This document shows, one piece after another, positions 7,704 through 19,700 of a stretch of DNA of 27,658 nt. The notes under the pieces are model-generated. The model searched no databases and was not told where the DNA came from. It worked only from the letters and a program-made list of their open reading frames with translations. Position 1 is the first letter of the stretch, and every line of letters starts with the position of its first letter. The stretch covers positions 1 through 27,658 of IMG/VR virus record IMGVR_UViG_3300022074_000295, one strand, 5' to 3'. The stretch is from a virus. Its lineage: Duplodnaviria; Caudoviricetes. A program made the position numbers and the translations under genes.

Positions 7704-9029
7704 ATGGCTAAAGCGCTATCGACTGTCGCGGGTGGCAGTCAGGCTGGCATTTTGTTTGATGAACGCCGTGATTTCTATCTGCCTGATTCTTATACTAAAG
7801 AATTATGGACAGAAGTTACTCCATTCATTACCATGGTTTCTAACCTTGGATATGATAAAGTAACTGATCCAGATTTCAAGATGTTCGAGCATCGTGCTGG
7901 TTTTATCCGACAACAAATGACTCTTGCTTCTGATGGAGGTAGTACCTGGACTTCTTCTGGAGCCCCTGGAGCAACAACAACCGTTACTATTGCTCCTGCT
8001 TCTAGCAAGGGTTTACCAACCGACGCTGCTGGCGACCATTTAGTGGGGCTAGTTGTAGAGGGTTATGCTGCTAATGGCAGTTTTCTTGGTGTAGCTCGTG
8101 TACAGAGTGTTTCTTCAAACAATCTTGTACTTGTTGCTCAAGGCAATCCTCAGGCTGCTAATAATAACTGTGTTGCTTTTGCTAACAGTGCTACGTTAGA
8201 AGTTATTGGCAACGCAATTGGTGAAGGTGAAGTATCTCCTGATGCTTTTTCTGATGAACTAGAAGTAGTGTTTAACTCTACTCAAATTATGCGTACTCCA
8301 GTAGAAGTAACTGGTACTCTACGTGAAGCTGCTCTGCGTGGCTACACTGATGAGTTAGCTCGTCTTCGTACTCAAAAATCTTATGAGCACAAGATTCAAA
8401 AAGAGCGAACTATGCTTCTTGGTGTACGTGTTGGTGGTACTGGCATGGCTGCTGGAGATAACTTCTCTAGTATTCAAAACAATGCCAGTGGTAAGAAAAT
8501 CCGTCAAACAATGGGTGCTCTTTCTACTGTACTTAAGTATGGTAGCAGTAGTGCTTCTGCTGCGGAGCAAAATATCCACAGTCTTGCTGAAGCGTCAGCT
8601 GACTTTACAGATATTATGACTGTTTCCGAGAAAATTAGCCAATACTTACCATCTCGTGGTAGATTCCAGGTATATGCTTCTCGTGAGTGGGTTTCTTTCC
8701 TATCTGCTAAATTCCTAGCTAACAACAACAGTGCTGGATTCCAAATCTTTAATAGTGAGAAAAATTCGTTTGGCTATAACATGAGCCTTCTTGTTACTCC
8801 TCACTGTGAATTGGAAATTTATCCAACTCCTGTGTTACGGGACAATTACTCTAAGTACGCTATTGTGATTAATCCAGATGCGATTAGTCTTAAGAAGTAC
8901 AGAGAGATGCGTTATAGCACAAACATCAAAACTGAAAACGGTTATGATGGTGTTAAAGATGAGTTCTTCTCTGATGAAGGGCTTTGCATGCAGTTACAAG
9001 AAACACATCATGTGTTGAAACTAACCTAA
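7704..9029 (+). CDS. Major capsid protein (HK97 fold, SU10/phiEco32-type)
   Basis: TPFITMVS, FKMFEHR, NAIGEG, FNSTQIMRTPVEVTGT and EHKIQKERTMLLG motifs. AAGGTG ribosome-binding site, tandem TAATAA stop and a downstream terminator. Confidence 0.9.
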   Translation: MAKALSTVAGGSQAGILFDERRDFYLPDSYTKELWTEVTPFITMVSNLGYDKVTDPDFKMFEHRAGFIRQQMTLASDGGSTWTSSGAPGATTTVTIAPASSKGLPTDAAGDHLVGLVVEGYAANGSFLGVARVQSVSSNNLVLVAQGNPQAANNNCVAFANSATLEVIGNAIGEGEVSPDAFSDELEVVFNSTQIMRTPVEVTGTLREAALRGYTDELARLRTQKSYEHKIQKERTMLLGVRVGGTGMAAGDNFSSIQNNASGKKIRQTMGALSTVLKYGSSSASAAEQNIHSLAEASADFTDIMTVSEKISQYLPSRGRFQVYASREWVSFLSAKFLANNNSAGFQIFNSEKNSFGYNMSLLVTPHCELEIYPTPVLRDNYSKYAIVINPDAISLKKYREMRYSTNIKTENGYDGVKDEFFSDEGLCMQLQETHHVLKLT

Positions 9030-9030
9030 T

Positions 9031-9061
9031 AATATGGGGGGCCTCAAAGCCCCCCTATTTT
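9031..9061 (+). terminator. Intrinsic terminator after the capsid gene
   Basis: GGGGGGC-ctcaaa-GCCCCCC followed by TATTTT. Confidence 0.85.
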
Positions 9062-9068
9062 AAATACT

Positions 9069-9989
9069 ATGGCTACATTACAAGCAAGAATAGAAGGGCA
9101 TATTGGAACGGTAACAGAAACAGTTGCTATGAATTCCGCATTACAAGAAGCTGTAAATAATCTTGTTCAGGTACTTCCTGTAGACAAAGCCATGCAGTAT
9201 ACTACTGAAAAAACAGCTCAGGCGGGTACGGGCATAGTTATATCAGGTAGAATATTCGATGTAAGAAATGATAATCAACCGTCAAGGCAAGTTTCTACAT
9301 CTTTAGGTCAAAGAATAAAATCTGCTGGAAATACTACTATTTATAAATCTAGTGCAACATTTCCTGTTCATTGGGTATTTGGTGGAAAGGTATATGGTCA
9401 TCCACAATCAGGAGGGGAAGATATAATTGCATATGTTTTAGAGGCCCCGACAGTATCTGCTTCAGATAATAGTATCGCGGGACTACCACAAGGTACAGAC
9501 GAGTTATCTATACTATATGCTTGTCAACAAATATTATATAAAAGATTAAACGCACTTACAGTAACAGCTGTAGGGTCATTTCCTAATTTTGATTATTCAA
9601 GCGCCCTAGAAACATCATTAGTTAATTATACTACATTGGTGCAAGGAACTATCGCAAACACTACAGATCAGCTTAATTTACAAAAACAATTTTCTGTTAT
9701 ATCTCAATTAATAGAAAACGAAGAAGATGTAGAATTAGCTCAGGTTAGAATAGCAGAGGCTAATCAATATTTAGAAGGATTAAAAACTAAAGTTCAATCA
9801 GAGTCACAAACAGACACATCTGAACTACAATCTGTTGTATCTGAGTTTCAGGCAAAGCTACAAGAATTTCAAGCAAACCAAAACGATTTGTTGTCACAGA
9901 TACAATACTTTGGTAACTTGTATACACAAAAACTACAACTCTTAACAGCATCAAATGACGGCGCAGAACTTAATAGAGCTGGTTCTTGA
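9069..9989 (+). CDS. Putative virion head-tail connector protein
   Basis: Follows the capsid gene. Adaptor-like N-terminal helices, a central beta-rich part and a C-terminal coiled coil. Confidence 0.55.
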   Translation: MATLQARIEGHIGTVTETVAMNSALQEAVNNLVQVLPVDKAMQYTTEKTAQAGTGIVISGRIFDVRNDNQPSRQVSTSLGQRIKSAGNTTIYKSSATFPVHWVFGGKVYGHPQSGGEDIIAYVLEAPTVSASDNSIAGLPQGTDELSILYACQQILYKRLNALTVTAVGSFPNFDYSSALETSLVNYTTLVQGTIANTTDQLNLQKQFSVISQLIENEEDVELAQVRIAEANQYLEGLKTKVQSESQTDTSELQSVVSEFQAKLQEFQANQNDLLSQIQYFGNLYTQKLQLLTASNDGAELNRAGS

Positions 9990-10578
9990 CGAATCACCAC
10001 TTGAAAATGCAAGTATAGCTGAAATATATTTAGACAATGCTTTAAGAGAGTTTTGTGATAGAACAGGTATACTCAGATCAAGGGCTACATTTACTACATC
10101 AAATGAAAATTTAAGACCAACTCTTTCTGGTTTTCCTACTGATGTCATAAGAGTAAGGAGCGTAGATAAAGCTGGAGTAGAATTAGTTAATACTGTACAA
10201 ACTAGTTATTTAAAACAAGATAATGGATTTTGGTATATAGAATCTAATAACCCAATACAATTATATTTAGGGTTTTGGAATGGGTCTGAAGATAAAGCAT
10301 TTGCAGCTTCTGAATCTTTTAACATGATATATGAAAGGTATGCTAGAAAGTTTGCTACTGCATCTAATGGCAGCGAAGATTATCAACAAGAGCCAGAAAT
10401 ACCAGAAAGATTTCATGAGTGCTTAGTGCATAGAGCTTGTGAAAGAGCATTTAAATTAGTTCCTGAGGTTCGTTCATATCATCACTCTTTATGGAGAGAC
10501 CAGGTAAAAGAAGGCAGAAAGTATGCTAATGCTAACAATACAGATGCCACATACAACGTTAAGATATATGAGTTATAA
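9955..10578 (+). CDS. Putative head-to-tail adaptor
   Basis: YLDNALREFCDRT near the N-terminus and EPEIPERFHECLVHRA near the C-terminus are typical of podophage adaptor rings. Confidence 0.7.
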   Translation: MTAQNLIELVLDESPLENASIAEIYLDNALREFCDRTGILRSRATFTTSNENLRPTLSGFPTDVIRVRSVDKAGVELVNTVQTSYLKQDNGFWYIESNNPIQLYLGFWNGSEDKAFAASESFNMIYERYARKFATASNGSEDYQQEPEIPERFHECLVHRACERAFKLVPEVRSYHHSLWRDQVKEGRKYANANNTDATYNVKIYEL

Positions 10579-11027
10579 TGCCTGCATTTGGAAGAATATC
10601 AAAAGAAAGATTAAGAAGTGTACACCCTATTTTAATTAAATGCGCATATAGTGTTGTAAGAGTGTTTGATATATCTATTGCAATGGGTGTAAGGACAGCA
10701 GAAGAACAACAAGCTCTGTATGCTATAGGGAGAACAACCGAATTAGATAGGTCTCCTGTAACAAATTGTGATGGTGTAAATAAAAAATCTAAACATCAGA
10801 TACGAGAAGATGGTTTATGCCACGCTATTGATGTTAATCCTTATCCTATAGATTTTAACAATAAAGAAAGATATTACTTAATGTGGGGTCTTTTTTTAGG
10901 GGTTTCTCAACCTATTCTTGAACATTCAGATTATAAATTAAGATGGGGTGGTGATTGGGATAGAGATAATGAGTTTGATGATCAAACATTTATTGACTTA
11001 CCACACATAGAACTAATTAAAAAATAA
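10578..11027 (+). CDS. Endolysin, peptidase M15 family (L-Ala-D-Glu endopeptidase-like)
   Basis: S..RL..VHP.L, GVRTAEEQ..LY..GRT, Zn-binding SKH...AID, RWGGDW and DLPHIEL motifs. Confidence 0.92.
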   Translation: MPAFGRISKERLRSVHPILIKCAYSVVRVFDISIAMGVRTAEEQQALYAIGRTTELDRSPVTNCDGVNKKSKHQIREDGLCHAIDVNPYPIDFNNKERYYLMWGLFLGVSQPILEHSDYKLRWGGDWDRDNEFDDQTFIDLPHIELIKK

Positions 11028-11031
11028 TATT

Positions 11032-11373
11032 ATGGGTAAAGGAAAATTAAAAAACATACTAAAAAAAGCAGCTGTACTTGTCGGTAAAACGGCAGGTGGA
11101 AATAATATGGTAGGAGAAACGCTACACGGTGTTTTAGATTTATTGCCTGTTCCTAATCAGCCAATAGGAAGGCTTGTAGAGGCTGTATTAGCTGGAAATT
11201 GGGATGACGCAAAAGTATATGTTGGTAAAATACTTACAGTTAGAAATGGTGTTGCATTTGCAGTTACTATATTAATACTTTCTGGAATACTTACATACGA
11301 AGATGTAGTTGGTTTTTTTGATATATTAACACAAGTATTAGAGTTATTTAATTCTGCAGGCGTAGAGGCATAA
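11032..11373 (+). CDS. Putative holin or membrane protein
   Basis: Adjacent to the endolysin. Basic N-terminus and hydrophobic segment GVAFAVTILILSGILTY. Confidence 0.5.
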   Translation: MGKGKLKNILKKAAVLVGKTAGGNNMVGETLHGVLDLLPVPNQPIGRLVEAVLAGNWDDAKVYVGKILTVRNGVAFAVTILILSGILTYEDVVGFFDILTQVLELFNSAGVEA

Positions 11374-11374
11374 T

Positions 11375-13723
11375 TTGGCTAGAGAGCTAAAAGAGTTAAG
11401 ACAGTTTGAAAAAGGTATGTATGGCCAAGCTGATGGCACAGATATACCTGATGATGCTGCTGCTTTGTGCATTAACACGGAGCCTGAAGCTCCGTATGGA
11501 ACAATACGTGGTATAGCTAAAAATTCAACAGTCTTTTCTAGTCTTTCTAATTATACTAATTTTGCAGTAATGAAAGTTCTCAAAGAGAGAACTGCTAGTA
11601 ACCATATTGCCGGAGTAGATTTTTCTAATAATAAGGTGGGGATCATAACTAATTACGATAACCCCGGAACCAGGCAGTATGTCAGCCAAGGAAGTATAAA
11701 CCATAGTAATGTAGCTACAATTGAAACTGTAAATAACCAAGCTATTATAGGCCTTGGTAGCGGTGCTAATAATGTACCTAAGTGGATAGGTAAAGTCAAT
11801 AAAGGTCAATTTGGTGACACTCCTTCTACTAATTATATAATTAAAGATGCAGACATAAAAGGGCCTCGTGTTATAAAGGTTACATTTACTGCAGCAACAA
11901 ATATTTATGGTCTTGGAGATGTTCCTGTTTCTACAATAACTTTATCTGATACATCTTCTCTTCCTAGCAAAGGAGTTTTACTTGTTCCCGTAGGAACACT
12001 TTCTAACTATGATTATATAGGGCTTACTTATCGAAAAGCTTCTTCTCCTTCAAATACATTAGATATAACTTGGCCAGATGATATAGCAACAAAATATCCT
12101 TCTAGTGGTAGCCCTACTATTGGAGGCACTAATGAAACTGCTTATTACTTAGAGGTAGGTCCTGGAGTTGTAGGAAGTGCAGGAACTTCTATGTCAGGGG
12201 TTTACAATCCTACAAAAACAAGTTCTCAAAACGGTAGTAAGTATGACACAAATGCTTCCGTACCTAATAACAGTGATGCTGATAATTTTGAAGAGCAAAC
12301 ATTTTATAGTATAGGGGTTAGTTACATATATGATGGATATAAAGAATCTCCTATAACAAGAATACCTGCTGGTCATTACTGGTTTGGATTTGGAAACAAT
12401 GTTAGCAGTTTTGAGGAGATAACATTTAAATTTTTTATACAAGGTTTTACTGATGGTATTACAAACAATACTGCATCAGAAAGAATTACTTCTATAAAAT
12501 TTTACATGAACATAACGGGTTCTGAAAATGATGAAATTGGAAGTAATCAAATAAATTCATTTAGACTAATGGAAGAGTTAGCAATTACCTCTTCTATAAA
12601 CTCTACAAAAACATTAACAGCTTACTCTTCTACAATAGGTGAGCAATACGATATAACTGCAGGTGCTTATGAGGGCGATTTATATACAGATGAATCTGGA
12701 CTTAGCGAGTATCAGTCTTCCTCTACTCTTCATTATGGAGTTTCATGCCAACATAATTCTCAGTTGTTTGTAGGTGATGTTTATAATCCGTCTGCTCCAG
12801 ATGAAAACTGGAACAACTATATAGTTAGGAGTATAGAGTTTTCTTATGATTTGTTTAACTGGACAGATGACTATTTAGTTTTGCCAAACCCAATAACCGC
12901 TATTGCCTCTCATTCAGGTAGGGTTTATGCATTTGATGAATTTAATATGTATAGAATAAATCCTGACCGGTTGTATATAGAAGATACTTTTAATGGTTTA
13001 GGTTGCTTGTCGCAACAGTCTATACAGTCTACAGAACGTGGATTGTTTATGGCTAATGACAATGGAATATATCTATATGATGGAAGGCAAGTTAATCATA
13101 TATCTGTACCTGTTGATTTTATTGACTCGATAGATGGAACCGTAGATGGAGTCGTAAATGCAGATACGTTTGGGTATAAAGCCTGTGTTAAAAATAATGC
13201 GTCATTTAAACCATTATTAAGTTATGATGCTGACAAAGAATGTCTTATTGTATATGGAGAATATACGTCTGGAACTAGAAGAATATGGCTATACAGATTA
13301 AATACTAGTGCGTGGTTTGTGCAAGGATTAGTAAATTTGTTTGATAGTGTTGAAAATATACAAGCAATAACTACTTCTGCTACTAATAGCATTTTAGCTG
13401 CTTATAGTAATGGTATTTATGAACTGTTTAGAGATACTAATAGGAAGATGTACTCTTGGATTAGCAAAAAAATAAATATGGGTACTGTTACTCAAAATAA
13501 AAAGTTTAGAAAAGTATATCTTGCTGGAAATGATATATCAAACATTAATACAGTTTTTTCTATTGACGGTTCTTCTTATGCAAATGTATCTTCTTTAGAT
13601 TCTTCATCTTCATCAAGTAATGGCAAGTGGATACAAATTAAAGCATCATCAACAAATGCTCATAGAAATACAGAAGTAGATCATATAGGTATCGTTTATA
13701 GGAATAGAGTTTTTCCAAAATAA
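11375..13723 (+). CDS. Putative tail nozzle/stabilisation protein (P22 gp10/T7 gp12-like)
   Basis: 782 aa and beta-rich. N-terminal F.KGM....D..DIPDDA, propeller-like segments (GLGCLSQQSI, LFMANDNGIYLYDG) and C-terminal WISKKINMG...KKFRKVY. TTG start. Confidence 0.7.
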   Translation: MARELKELRQFEKGMYGQADGTDIPDDAAALCINTEPEAPYGTIRGIAKNSTVFSSLSNYTNFAVMKVLKERTASNHIAGVDFSNNKVGIITNYDNPGTRQYVSQGSINHSNVATIETVNNQAIIGLGSGANNVPKWIGKVNKGQFGDTPSTNYIIKDADIKGPRVIKVTFTAATNIYGLGDVPVSTITLSDTSSLPSKGVLLVPVGTLSNYDYIGLTYRKASSPSNTLDITWPDDIATKYPSSGSPTIGGTNETAYYLEVGPGVVGSAGTSMSGVYNPTKTSSQNGSKYDTNASVPNNSDADNFEEQTFYSIGVSYIYDGYKESPITRIPAGHYWFGFGNNVSSFEEITFKFFIQGFTDGITNNTASERITSIKFYMNITGSENDEIGSNQINSFRLMEELAITSSINSTKTLTAYSSTIGEQYDITAGAYEGDLYTDESGLSEYQSSSTLHYGVSCQHNSQLFVGDVYNPSAPDENWNNYIVRSIEFSYDLFNWTDDYLVLPNPITAIASHSGRVYAFDEFNMYRINPDRLYIEDTFNGLGCLSQQSIQSTERGLFMANDNGIYLYDGRQVNHISVPVDFIDSIDGTVDGVVNADTFGYKACVKNNASFKPLLSYDADKECLIVYGEYTSGTRRIWLYRLNTSAWFVQGLVNLFDSVENIQAITTSATNSILAAYSNGIYELFRDTNRKMYSWISKKINMGTVTQNKKFRKVYLAGNDISNINTVFSIDGSSYANVSSLDSSSSSSNGKWIQIKASSTNAHRNTEVDHIGIVYRNRVFPK

Positions 13724-13732
13724 AATATTGTA

Positions 13733-16700
13733 ATGGCGGCTAATAAAAACAAAAGAAAGTTAAGGGCTCCTAAGGTTGCCGACTCTGAGTTATCCAGAGT
13801 AGTTACTGATATATATGATGAGTTAAATAAGCTATCTGGCGGCCTCTCAGACGCCACGGAACAAAGAATTAAGATAACCACTATATCTCAGTCCGATCTG
13901 CCGTTAAATCCAGTATTTCAAACCGTCACAGCAAATACATTTACAGGTAATTTAATAGGAAATGTTACTGGCGATGTAACGGGTAGTATTAATTTAAATC
14001 AAGGCAAGGTTTTTATTGGTGATGCTAATAATAAAGCAGTAGCAACTACATTTGGTATTGTGAATGAGGCTAGTCCTTCAGGCGGTGGTTCATTAGCATA
14101 TAATAACGGTACATTTACATTTACTCCTGCTTCTGTTCCTAGCCTTACAGGATATGTGCAAACAATATCTACTAGCGCTACATCAGGGCTTTCTAGTAAT
14201 GAAAGTAGTGGCACAGTAACTATGTCTTTAGATGTTAATAGATTAACTGCAGAAACAACTGTTACTAGTGGTGATTTTTTAGCATTAAGTCAGTCAGGTA
14301 ATACTAAAAAAGTTACTCTTGCTAATATAGATTTAAATTTATTAAATAATAATAACTCTGGATTTATAAATGATTACACTGTAACTCAAGCAGATGTAAC
14401 GCAGCATCAAGCTGCGCTAAGTATTACAGAAAGCCAGATATCTGATTTACAAAGTTATCTTACTGCCCACCCCACTATAGGTGGTAACGCAATTACTCAA
14501 AACAATAGTGGTAATTCTTTTATACAAGATCTTACCTTTGATGGTAATGGTCACGTTACAGCTGTAGCTTCTGCAACAGCTTCTTTTACAAATACTAATT
14601 ATTATTTAAACGGGGCTAACTGGGCTACAGGAACTGGAGTTTTAACATTAAATGTACAAGGCGCTAGTGATGTTACCGTTGATTTAGATGGTCGTTATCT
14701 TACTGCTCTTCCATCACATAATCACAATGATTTGTATTACACGGAATCTGAAGTAGATGGATTTTTGTCAGGCAAAGATAACTATCAATCTTGGACTATA
14801 TCAGATAGTGTTTCTCCAACGCCAAATACGGAAGCAATAACGTCAGGATCTACACTAAAATTTGCAGGAAGTGGGGCTACAACTGTTACTTATAATCCTT
14901 CTAATAACATAATGACTATTAGTTCTACTGATACTAATACGGATACTAATAGTTTTGTTAGTGCTGGTAGTTATAATGCTTCTACAAAGGACTTAACTTT
15001 AACAATTACGGGTCAAACAGACCCTGTAATAGACTTAACAGCTATTGATGCTGATAAGTTAGACGGGCAAGAAGGGTCTTATTACTTAAACTATAATAAC
15101 TTAAATAATTTACCATCATTAAACTTTGATAATTACGATCATTGGACTTTAACTGTTGGAACTGACAGTTCTGATATATCATCTAATGATGCAGTAACTT
15201 TTATTGCTGGAACCAATGTAACGCTAAATAAAAGCGGAACTAATGTAACAATAAATAGTTCTCTCCCATCTGGAGCTATAGATACTATAACTACTAGCAA
15301 TACTTCAGGGCTAAGCAGTAATGAATCTAGTGGTAATGTAACTCTTAATTTAGCCATAGGTAATCTTACTGCGATAACAACAGCTGATTCACAAGACTCT
15401 ATTGCAATACTTGATGGTAGTACTACTAAGAAAATTACGCTAGATAATATACCTCTTAGTGCTTTTAATGATGATTCTACTTTCTTAAAAGATGCTGATT
15501 TTACTAGCAATGGATTCTTAAAAAGAACTGGAAACGGAACTTATGCGGTAGATACTAATACGTACTTAACATCTGAAACGTCACATTCGGATGTGTTAGT
15601 AGACGGTGACTTTGCTACTGCTGGATTTATGAAAACTAATGGGTCTGGTACGTATAGTGTTGATGGTAGTACATACTTAACATCCGTTTCTTCGTCAGAC
15701 GTTACACAACATTTGTCTGTTGTTACTCAATCTGCTAATGCTGGTGGTGAGTTAAGTTTAGTAAATGGAGAATTTAGGTTTAAACCAGCAGCAGTATCAT
15801 CTTTTATAGCATTAACTGATTTAAGCGCTGCAAATGATACTCTTAACACATCAACTAGCGGTAGTCTTAGTTATTCAAATGGTACTTTTACTTTTACTCC
15901 ACCAGATTTAAGTGGTTTTTTAACGTCACTTCCTAGTCATAATCATAATGATTTATATTATACAGAGACTGAATTAAATGCTGGTCAGTTAAATAATTTA
16001 TATTATACTGAATCAGAGGTAGATGGTTTTCTTGGCAATAAAGATAATTATGACCATTGGACTATAAGTGACGGAACAAACTCTGGAGACATAGATACTG
16101 GAGCTACTCTTACTGTAGCCGCAGGAACAGGTATAACAACAGCATATTCTTCAAGCACTCAGACTCTTACTATTGAATCAACATTAGCAGGCGGAGACAT
16201 TACCGCAGTAAACACTGCTACTGGTTCAGGGTTGTCTGGCGGAGCATCTACAGGCGCAGCTAATTTGCAGATAAGTGTTTTGAACTTAACAGACATGACT
16301 GATGATGTTGTAGGCGGGAATGATGAGCTTATTATTAGAGATGCTAGTGTAGTAGGTAATCAAACTCGTAGAAAAGCAATAAGCGAAATTAAATTATCTC
16401 AGTTTAATAATGATGCTGGATTCGTTACAAGTACAGGTGATAACACCTTTGTAACATCAGCTTCATTCAATACTGGAGATGGTGTTCTTACCCTTACTAG
16501 AAACGACAGCAACACAGTTACTGCTGATTTAGATGGTAGGTATTTAGAGCTGGGTGGTGGCACTCTTACTGGTGATTTAACACTTGGAAATAACTCTACT
16601 GACAGGAGACTAAGAGTTTATTATAGTGATAATGCTTACACAGAAGTGAGAGGATATGGTATTCAGTTTGATAGAGCATCATCATATATCCGACCAACTG

Positions 16701-19700
16701 GTGACAATACAAAAGACATGTACTTTGGTGAAATTAATAAAACATGGAGAAACATTAGTTTTGATGCCACCGCAGTACAATTCAGTAAAAATAATGTTGA
16801 TTATTTAACTATAAATTCAAGTGGTGATGTAGATATATCAAATGACCTTAATATTGATGGGTCTTTTACAAATACTAACGGTAACGCTAGTTGGAGAAAA
16901 TCAGGTAGTAACTATACAGCAACTTGGATAGATGATAAGACAGTTAAGTTTGTTAAAAGCTCTAGTTCTTATGCAGCTACTACACCATACGCTGAACACC
17001 AAAACTTTATAGCTACCTTCTCATTTAAGACTAGTAACGCTACTCATCTTGGGTTAGTTTATCATGGTCAAAACTCACCATCAGAAGATGGTTACAATGT
17101 AATTATACGCAGTTCAAATACGGTAAGAGTACAGAAAAGACAAACTAATGTAGGTCAATCTTATCTTATAGGCGGCGTTAATGGTACTGCTATTTCAGGT
17201 GTAGATATAGATGATGGTAACTGGCACAGAGTTACCGTACAAGTCATTAGTCAAAAGATACGAGTAGATATTGATGGAAACCAGATTATCAATGGTGAAA
17301 TAAACGACACTACATTTACAGAGGGTGGTGTAGGTTACATTGCTTTTGACGGAACTGTAGAGTTTAATAACCTTGAGGTTCAAGAGATACCTTCCACTAC
17401 GTTTATAGATACGCTAAATTTAAATGGTATATCTGAGGGTGCTAGTAACACTGTAGCCCTTATGTGGGATCCAGGAAAAAACGTTACATACAGAACACTT
17501 GGTTCCAACGCCTTTAATAGTGACACGATACCTACTGCTTCTGACTTTTTACCAATTACAGGTGGTACGCTTACTGATGATTTAAAGATAAACTTAAACA
17601 CCAATGCACAAGGCAACTTTGTAGATAATATTGGCGAAGTAGGTTCAGGCAACTTTTGTCTGCAAGTAAGCAACTCTGCTGAAAACGCCTTGAAACCTTT
17701 AGGGTTTAGAGCAGAGAAATTTATATTTGCTAATGGCAACGTGGGGATTGGTACTGATAGTGCTGAAAAAAAATTACATATCAACGATGTTACGCAAGCA
17801 AATCAAGCTATTCGATTTGGAAACCCAACTGCCACACCTTATGGGGAAATAAACTATGATGCTTCAGGTTTTGAACATCTTTATATAAGAGCAAAAGGCA
17901 CAACAACGGGATATGGAAATATTGTATTTGAAACGGGTGGTTCACTAGCCGAAGCCATGCGCATCAAATCAAGCGGTACTATTTTAGGTACAGGAACCTA
18001 TACTGCTGGTAATTCTATTAAAATATTTGAGGCACGGAGGTCAGGTGGTGCAGTTGCTAGTGATTGGAGTTATGACGATGCGACTACTGATATGTCATTA
18101 GGAACTTCAACGGCACATAGATTTTCTTTAAAAACTAGCGATACTAACCGACTCACTATCGATAGTTCGGGTACCGTATTAGTGGGTGCTGATTCAGATA
18201 CTGGTACAGGCGCAGGTCACGTTCTTTTTGCCAATGGTGCTTCTTATCAAGTTCGTGATGGTGGTTTTACTGCTTTATTTAAAAGATTAAATAGCGATGG
18301 TGAAATACTAAGATTTTACAAAGATAGTGCACAAATAGGAAGTATTGGTTCTGATGTTAGTAGATTATCTGTTAATTCAAGTGGGAATAATATATTTTTA
18401 CAAGTTGGTGGTAGTACAAAAATGGCTATTGACACTAACGGTAAAGTATATCCTGGGACTCACAACGCCAATGATTTAGGATTTAGTACTAGCCATGCTT
18501 GGAGAGATTTATATTTAAGTGGTGATGCTTATATAGGGGATGCTCTTGATGTTGGTGGTAATGTAGATATTGATGGTAAATTAACCTTAGACCCAAACTC
18601 ATTAACAAATGGTATAATTAATACACCAGCTTCTTTAAGAATAAATATAGATAGTAATAACAATAATACTGGTGAAAAGTTTGTTATTGGTCATAATCAA
18701 GACAGTATTAATAATAACAACGAACTGTTTGTTGTTAATGAGTCAGGAGACGTAGAAATTGCTGGAAATGTAACTGCTACAAATATATTAACAGTAGCAG
18801 GAGCAGGAACAGGCAGTCCTTTCTTGCAATTCACACAAGGTGGAACCCAAAAAGCATATATTCAATATGCAGATTCTGGAGATTCTTTTGAATTACAAAG
18901 TGATAATCAATTTGTTGTTAGAACTGGTGGAAGCACTACAGCTTTTACCATAAATAATTCACAGCACGCAACTTTTTCTGGTGACGTAGTGGCTCCGCTT
19001 TTTGAAACAACTGGAACTGGTTATCTTTATTTAGGTGGTCATGTACGATTAAATAATCCTGGCAGTGGAACTTTTAAAATTGGTCAATATAATGGCAGTA
19101 GCTGGAATGATACACTAAATATAACTAACGATGGCAACGTAGGGATTACTGGTGACGTTGAATTTAGTGGAAATACTTTAATATCTACAGATACTAGCGA
19201 TGGCTCAGATAATGCTCAAATAATAATAAGTGGTGGAGGGGCTAGTGGAGACACGAGAGGCGCATCAATTCACGCCTCTGGAAATGAACATGGTAATGGT
19301 GGCTTACTACAGCTAAGAGCAGGAAGTGGAACTGTTAGTGAAATAAGAAGTTATACAAGCGGTACTGAACGTATGCGTATAACAAGTGCAGGTGATGTCA
19401 ACTTCTATGGGGTATCTCAAAATGCAGATATGGTTTGGGATAGAAGCGCAAAAAGTTTAGGTATTGGTGAAACAATTCCTACTAGTAAACTTTCAATTAA
19501 GGGCGCTCAAGCTGCTATAGATATAACAAGGGGAACTTCTGGTGATAGTAAGTGGGGGTTTTCTTCAGATTCAACAAGTTTATACATTGCTGAACTTTCA
19601 ACTGGAGCTACAAATTATGTAATGGCTATTAAGGATAGCGGTAACGTTGGTATTGGTACTACTAGTCCTACATCTAAAGTTTCTATTACTGACAGTGCTA

